Shown: one piece after another, positions 60,999-64,000 of the stretch
Layout: every line of letters starts with the position of its first letter
How positions within the stretch are numbered: position 1 is the first letter of the stretch
Position numbers and translations under genes: made by a program
From: Pyrinomonadaceae bacterium
GTDB taxonomy: Bacteria; Acidobacteriota; Blastocatellia; Pyrinomonadales; Pyrinomonadaceae
Direction of reading: 5' to 3'
Length of the DNA: 64,000 nucleotides
NCBI GenBank assembly: GCA_046313635.1
Contig: JBKBYA010000002.1
Coordinates: 96,001 to 160,000, forward strand
The notes under the pieces: generated by a model
What the model was told of the DNA's origin: nothing
The model's input: the letters and a program-made list of their open reading frames with translations, nothing else
The model's database searches: none

Positions 60999-62468
60999 CT
61001 ATTTCCTCGCCGACGCGATGAAGGCCTCAACGTCCTCGAGCTTGCGCGGGAGTGCCTTGGTCATCCATTCGACGCCGTTCGGCGTGACGAGCATGTCATC
61101 CTCGATGCGGACGCCGATGGTCTTGTACTTTTCAAATGCCGGGCGGACCTTTGCGACGAATTCTTTCCACTCGGGAGTGTCGGGCAGATAGCTGAGCGCG
61201 TCCTCACGGATATAGATTCCGGGCTCGTTGGTAAAGACCATTCCGGGCTCGAAGGGCCGGCCGTAGCGGCCGACGTCGTGGACGTTCATCCCGAGCCAGT
61301 GACCGAGGCCGTGCATGTACCAGATCTTGAATTGATTGGAGTCTTTGTTAGTGATCAGGCCGAGCCTGAAGAGCCCGTCCTTGATCACCGCGTCGGCGGC
61401 CGCGCTGATCTGCTGCATCGTCGCTCCGGGTTTGGTCGCGCGGGCGGCGGCCTCCTGGGCGTCGTACACGATGCGGTAAATATCGGCCTGTTCCTTGGTG
61501 AATTTGCCGTTGACCGGGAAGGTGCGCGTCACGTCCGCCGTGTAATGGTCGTACTCGGCGCCGACGTCCATCAGCAGGAGCGAGCCGTCCTTTACCGGGC
61601 CTTGCGGTTCCTGATAGTGCAGCGTCGTCGCATTCGGGCCGCAGCCGACGATCGACGGGTAGCCCCAGAAATCCGCGTTGCGCCGGCGGAATGTGTACTC
61701 CACCTCGGCCTGCACCTCGTACTCCATCTTTGCCTGATTCGCCAAGGCCATCGAGCGCATATGCGCCTCGATCGAGATGTCGATCGCGTGCTGCAGCACC
61801 TTGAGCTCGTACGGCGATTTGATGTGACGCAGATCGGCGAATATCGGCTGGGCGTTGACGATCTTGTAGCCCGCGAGCGACCGTGCGAAGTCGCTCTCCT
61901 GACGAAATTCGCGCTTGCCGTCCTCGTCGCCGTCGGTAGCGGGGAGCAAAAGGTAAAGGGTCTGTACCGACGCGTCCGACCGGGCTTTCAAGCCGTCGAG
62001 CATGGGGGCGAGGTCGGCGGTATTTGCGATCGTCTTGATGCCGGAGATGGTCGCGGCCTCTTCGTTAGAGATCATCCGGCCGTTCCACGTTTCGTACTGC
62101 GGATTGCGCTTGCGAATGTAGAGCGTGTAGCTCACGTCGCCGCCCGTGCCCTTGCGGATGACGAGCGTCGCGCCCTGCTGCGGAAAGCCGGAGAGGTAAT
62201 AGAGATTGTTCTCCTGTCTAAAGACATAATCGACATCGTTCGTGTACAGCTTTGGCTCGGCGCTGAAGAGGATCATCACGCTGCCGGCCGACATCTTTTC
62301 GGCGACGGCAGCGCGGCGCCGGGCGAGCTCGGCCTGGCGTTCGGCGTCGGTAAATACCGGTGCGGGCGGCGTCACGCGTACTCCCCTCGGCACGTCGCCG
62401 GCGCGTGCCGGTACGGCCACGGTCGAGAGCAGCAGCAAGAGCGATAGAACGATGAAGTGACGTTTCAT
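60999..62468 (-). CDS. Secreted Xaa-Pro aminopeptidase (M24B)
   Basis: FRQ..N.YYLSG, LHY, DVGAE...YTADVTRTFP, HGLGHWLGM.VHD, EPGIY, GVRIEDD. Confidence 0.93.
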   Translation of the reverse strand: MKRHFIVLSLLLLLSTVAVPARAGDVPRGVRVTPPAPVFTDAERQAELARRRAAVAEKMSAGSVMILFSAEPKLYTNDVDYVFRQENNLYYLSGFPQQGATLVIRKGTGGDVSYTLYIRKRNPQYETWNGRMISNEEAATISGIKTIANTADLAPMLDGLKARSDASVQTLYLLLPATDGDEDGKREFRQESDFARSLAGYKIVNAQPIFADLRHIKSPYELKVLQHAIDISIEAHMRSMALANQAKMEYEVQAEVEYTFRRRNADFWGYPSIVGCGPNATTLHYQEPQGPVKDGSLLLMDVGAEYDHYTADVTRTFPVNGKFTKEQADIYRIVYDAQEAAARATKPGATMQQISAAADAVIKDGLFRLGLITNKDSNQFKIWYMHGLGHWLGMNVHDVGRYGRPFEPGMVFTNEPGIYIREDALSYLPDTPEWKEFVAKVRPAFEKYKTIGVRIEDDMLVTPNGVEWMTKALPRKLEDVEAFIASARK

Positions 62469-64000
62469 TTTGTAACCTCGAATTCCAATTCTTTAACGGC
62501 GGTATTGCCCGATCGATCGGCGGCAAAGACCCTCAGCTTATAGGTCCCGGCGGCGAGTCCGGCCGGGTCGATAAACCCTTGCGAGAACGTATCGCCGCTG
62601 ACGAGATTTGTGACGACGTAATCGAAGATCGTCTCCGGCGTGTATCCCGAACGGCTGCCCGGTGCGTAAACAAAACCGACGGCCTCATTCGGCGGCATCC
62701 GGTCAAAGACGATCGTCCAGTTGACGGCAGTCGTCGGCTGCCCGCCGGCTGCGACGATCTGCCAGCCGAGCTTGTAGACGCCGAGACGGCGCCTTGCCGC
62801 GTTGCCGTCGACGCGGTCGTACGCTCTGGCGACGACCCGCGTTTTGCCTGCGAGTCTTATACGCTGACCTTTGTTTGAAGTTTCGACCGGCTGCCAGTCG
62901 GGCGCAGTAAGCCTGACGCTCTCGATGACGGGCGCGATCGAGTCGGTCAGGCCGGGCAGGCTGAGCGCGTCGATCGCGTTCATCTCGGCGCCGACGCGGC
63001 CGGCGACGAGGTGAACGTGATTAAAGGCGTTCAGCGTGCCGATCCTCTCGCCCGAGTTGAAAACGGAGCCGCGCGGCACGCGCAGGTTTGTGATCTTGCC
63101 GGCGGCGTCGCGTTCAAACTGGAACCGGTCGTCGGCAAACGGCCGGTCGTTCCGATCGCGTCCGATGCGAATGTGAATGTAGCCGAGCGTCGGCAGCCGG
63201 ATCAGCTCGCGCAAGGCCCCGAGATTCTCGACCGCTGCCGGCTCGAGGACCGTTTCGCCGCGGATGAATAGAGCGGTCTCGCCATAGCCGCCCGCGATGT
63301 CGAGGCCGTTGTGAAACCAGACCGGCTTTGACTGCGGCAGCGTGACCTCGCCGCGGACCTCGCCGAGCGTGCCGGCGATCTCGCGTTTCGCGCTCGGCGG
63401 ATCGAACGGCCAACGCGGCGGCTGCAGCGAGCGAAACTCCTCGGCCGAGTATCGCATCGCCGCCCTGTGCTCGGCCGAGATCTCGGCGCCGAGCGGATTG
63501 TCGCCGACCATTCTGATCGCCTGGTTGTCGGCATCGGCGACGATCACATCGCCGTGCTCGGTCACAGCGATGCCCGACGGCCGGTTAAATCTCGCACGCA
63601 TCGCGCGACCGTCGATAAAGCCGCGCGGCCCGCCGGCGACCGTCTCCACAAGCGGGAATGAACGTCGGCCGATCGCACGGATCGCGTTGCCGTCAGCGAC
63701 AAAGACCGCTCCGTTCGCGGCGACGGATACAGCCGTCGGCATCTCGAAGGACGACGATGCAAGAGTTCCGTCGCGTCTCTCGCCCACGCCGTCGCCCGCC
63801 AGCGTCGCCGTGCGGCCGTCTTGATCGACGACGCGGATGCGCCCATTCATCGAATCGGCGACGAGCACGCCGCCGCCCGCCAGCGCCGCAAGCCCGAGCG
63901 GCGTATCGAATCTCGCCGCCGAGCCTTCGCCGTCGGCAAAGCCGCGAACGCCGCCGGCGAGCGTTCGGACGACGCCGCCGTCGATCACGCGGATGCGGTC
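62465..64000 (-). CDS. NHL-repeat protein with possible M23-like domain, 5' end outside window
   Basis: GFADG....ARF..P.G.A....VAD..N..IR repeats, then HNGLD, YIH and HVH motifs. Confidence 0.85.
   Translation of the reverse strand, partial: DRIRVIDGGVVRTLAGGVRGFADGEGSAARFDTPLGLAALAGGGVLVADSMNGRIRVVDQDGRTATLAGDGVGERRDGTLASSSFEMPTAVSVAANGAVFVADGNAIRAIGRRSFPLVETVAGGPRGFIDGRAMRARFNRPSGIAVTEHGDVIVADADNQAIRMVGDNPLGAEISAEHRAAMRYSAEEFRSLQPPRWPFDPPSAKREIAGTLGEVRGEVTLPQSKPVWFHNGLDIAGGYGETALFIRGETVLEPAAVENLGALRELIRLPTLGYIHIRIGRDRNDRPFADDRFQFERDAAGKITNLRVPRGSVFNSGERIGTLNAFNHVHLVAGRVGAEMNAIDALSLPGLTDSIAPVIESVRLTAPDWQPVETSNKGQRIRLAGKTRVVARAYDRVDGNAARRRLGVYKLGWQIVAAGGQPTTAVNWTIVFDRMPPNEAVGFVYAPGSRSGYTPETIFDYVVTNLVSGDTFSQGFIDPAGLAAGTYKLRVFAADRSGNTAVKELEFEVTK

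Overview
GC-rich bacterial chromosomal window. Gene content (FG-GAP/BACON, S74 tail-fibre-like and Oar-like TonB-dependent secreted proteins) and repeat style suggest Acidobacteriota, probably Blastocatellia; this is inference. Layout: (1) 1-17 kb, a sensor histidine kinase plus a sigma54 activator and a set of small general-stress-type genes, many with -24/-12 promoters. This part also holds three small proteins missed by the ORF track (lmo0937-like, a 54-aa membrane protein, a metallothionein) and a candidate anti-SD sRNA. (2) 17.4-21.6 kb, an accessory region at the groEL 3' end in which a WD40 gene and a frameshifted TPR gene lie between degenerate direct copies of the groEL tail and terminator. 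(3) groESL with CIRCE, MOSC, purC and uvrB. (4) A GxxExxY nuclease-like gene inside 39-bp inverted repeats; related gene-less repeat copies occur elsewhere and also bracket lysA. (5) An apparently complete PTS-independent peptidoglycan-scavenging cluster (nagZ, SSS symporter, murQ, BadF-type kinase, LysR, AmiE-NamZ fusion, TonB-dependent receptor, nagA). (6) A CpxRA-like pair, hydrolases and lipid genes. Short-period repeats and palindromes recur throughout, several inserted in frame inside proteins. No rRNA, tRNA, CRISPR array, integrase or transposase was recognised.
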